In this document: one piece after another, positions 31,249-32,535 of the stretch
Layout: each line of letters starts with the position of its first letter
Position numbering within the stretch: the stretch's first letter is position 1
Position numbers and translations under genes: made by a program
Source of the DNA: PVC group bacterium
Lineage (GTDB): Bacteria; Verrucomicrobiota; Kiritimatiellia; SS1-B-03-39; PXDE01
Direction: 5' to 3'
Length of the DNA: 32,535 nucleotides
Assembly: GCA_003566475.1 (NCBI GenBank)
Contig: PXDE01000222.1
Coordinates: 1 to 32,535 of the forward strand
The notes under the pieces: model-generated
What the model saw: only the letters and a program-made list of their open reading frames with translations
What the model was told of the DNA's origin: nothing
The model's database searches: none

Positions 31249-31958
31249 CGCATCCGGCGCCAGACTGCGGGCCGGCACCTTCCGGCGAGCCCCGGTTCGA
31301 TCCCGAGCAGTTCCGCTTCGACTGGGAGACGGCCAGGAAACGGGAGTTCGAATGGGATCCGGGCCGGCGCGTCCGCATCCACCGGCCTCCGGCCCCGGCC
31401 CGGGATCTGGCCCTCGTGTGGCTGGTCGTGTTCGTCCCCTTCGGGCTGGTGTTCGGGTTCATGGCCGCCGTCACCGCCGGGGCCACCCGGATTCCCATCG
31501 CGCTGCTCGCGGCCCTCGGGGCGGGGATTGTCATCTCCTCGATCTTCGCCTATCTGCATCGCGAGAACGAGGTGCTGTTCGACTGGGAACGCGGTCTGGC
31601 CCGCTTTCGGCTGGGCCGGCGCGAGCGCACCTATCCGCTGAGGGCGATCCGGCGCATCACGCTGAACCAGCGCAGGGGCAAGCACACCGGAGGCGGCGCC
31701 ACCAGCGTCACCACCTATGCGTGCGAGGTGGTTGCGGAGACCGACGAGGGCAAGGAACTGGTGGCCCGGTCGGAGTTCGAATCGTCCCCCGTCATCCCGC
31801 AGCGCCGCACCGCGCCCATGGCCATCGAGCTGGCGGAGGCCTTGGGACTGCCCGCGCCCAGCCCCCCGGCCCTGACCGCGAAGGACAGGAAGCGGCACGA
31901 ACGGAGCATGCGTATCCAAGGCGCGCTGGATGAGGCCAGGCGCAGGAATTCCGACTGA
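31245..31958 (+). CDS. Hypothetical membrane protein (two TM helices + ~130-aa cytoplasmic domain)
   Basis: Its ATG overlaps the dehydrogenase stop (ATGA). Helices LALVWLVVFVPFGLVFGFMAAV and IPIALLAALGAGIVISSIFAYL. No family recognised. Confidence 0.6.
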   Translation: MTHPAPDCGPAPSGEPRFDPEQFRFDWETARKREFEWDPGRRVRIHRPPAPARDLALVWLVVFVPFGLVFGFMAAVTAGATRIPIALLAALGAGIVISSIFAYLHRENEVLFDWERGLARFRLGRRERTYPLRAIRRITLNQRRGKHTGGGATSVTTYACEVVAETDEGKELVARSEFESSPVIPQRRTAPMAIELAEALGLPAPSPPALTAKDRKRHERSMRIQGALDEARRRNSD

Positions 31959-32118
31959 CTACGGAGACACCGCCCCAGTAGTCCGCTGTCTGTGACAGCG
32001 GACAGCGCATGGAACGAGCCTGCCTGGGCGAAAGAGAAGCCATGGTCGAGCCTTCCTCCAGCCAGGCGCCGCACATGCGGCCTCGTCCCGCCTTGCGGGA
32101 ACAGCGAGGTACTGGCAT

Positions 32119-32236
32119 GCATCCCGCATCGCGAATCACGCATCCCACAGCGTGCCAGCCGTCTCACCCCCCACCCGGCTGAACTCAACGGTTCAGGGGC
32201 GCTCACTGACCACTGACCACCGACTACTGACCAATT
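32119..32236 (+). repeat. Family G copy 2: CATCSCG-type heptamers, CCGGCTGAAC...GTTCAG hairpin, ACTGACC heptamers
   Basis: Heptamers CATCCCG CATCGCG AATCACG CATCCCA (32120-32147). CCGGCTGAACTCAACGGTTCAGGGGCGCTCACT matches the end of 10851-10890. ACTGACC x4 (32205-32232) overlaps the glpD stop codon. Confidence 0.85.
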
Positions 32237-32535
32237 CTGGCCTCCGCCACGCTCGCCGCATCGTCAAAGCAATACCCCCGGGCCAGTTCCCGGAACGCCT
32301 TCACCTGCGCCTCGGCCCAGGCCGGGTCCCGTCCCCGCTCCTTCGCCAGCAGGCGGGCCACGGCGGGGGCGGCCTCCATGGCGGCGCGGGCGTCGAGGAG
32401 GAGGGCCCGGGAGCGGCGGGCCAGCACGTCCTCGACCGTGCAGGCCATCTCGGCCCGGGCGTGCCAGATCACGTCGGCGCCGGTGAGGGCGAAGGCGGGA
32501 TGCACCTGCGCGGCCAGCTCCGGGTCGGCGGTGGC
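32224..32535 (-). CDS. glpD: Glycerol-3-phosphate dehydrogenase-type FAD oxidoreductase, C-terminal part (5' end outside window)
   Basis: The frame stays open to the window edge. ...TGADVIWHARAEMACTVEDVLARRSRALLLDARAA... matches the GlpD C-terminal domain pattern. Confidence 0.7.
   Translation of the reverse strand, partial: ATADPELAAQVHPAFALTGADVIWHARAEMACTVEDVLARRSRALLLDARAAMEAAPAVARLLAKERGRDPAWAEAQVKAFRELARGYCFDDAASVAEARIGQ

Noticed and set aside
1-32535. Scan for tRNA, rRNA, tmRNA, riboswitch-like leaders, reverse transcriptase (retron/DGR), integrase or cas genes
   Set aside because: I found no T-loop/acceptor-stem signatures, no rRNA-like conserved blocks, and no RT, integrase or Cas-like ORFs in any frame. 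Absence is judged by eye only; covariance-model searches would be needed to be sure.

Overview
High-GC (roughly two-thirds G+C by eye) chromosomal window with strong third-position GC bias in the real genes. Gene content and the intergenic repeats suggest a PVC-group, Verrucomicrobiota-like bacterium, but this is tentative. I support about 30 protein genes: bamA (3' part)-skp-lpxD; a PiT phosphate transporter; an Mrr type IV restriction nuclease; a sulfatase; a RAYT/IS200-like Y1 transposase; DUF2059; xthA; a LOG-family protein; an AI-2E transporter; an ATGA-coupled DUF2339-DUF3999 pair; a secreted hydrolase-like protein; a DUF433/DUF5615 toxin-antitoxin (TA) pair; galE-cinA; an ECF sigma/FecR pair; a THUMP RNA methyltransferase; a UPF0175/DUF3368(PIN) TA pair; a Tat-AKR/FAD-oxidoreductase/2-hydroxyacid-dehydrogenase/membrane-protein operon; and glpD (3' part). 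I saw no rRNA, tRNA or CRISPR array. I could not identify a clear new multi-gene machine. Four things stand out. (1) About 3.1 kb (~10%) of the window is intergenic DNA built from modular dispersed repeats: heptanucleotide satellites, conserved hairpins and long palindromes. Each module recurs at 2-3 loci, and a single-copy RAYT gene with its own 16-bp hairpin lies in the same window. (2) Several small accessory islets carry defence or TA genes in different states of decay, with sequence scars that point to cassette replacement: a 45-nt copy of the Mrr tail, and 35-bp direct repeats around a TA cassette. (3) A 32-bp perfect palindrome and 21-bp-phased repeats lie upstream of a TA operon. (4) The conserved but uncharacterised DUF2339-DUF3999 membrane module is present. 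Most long ORFs in the six-frame track are GC-driven antisense artefacts.
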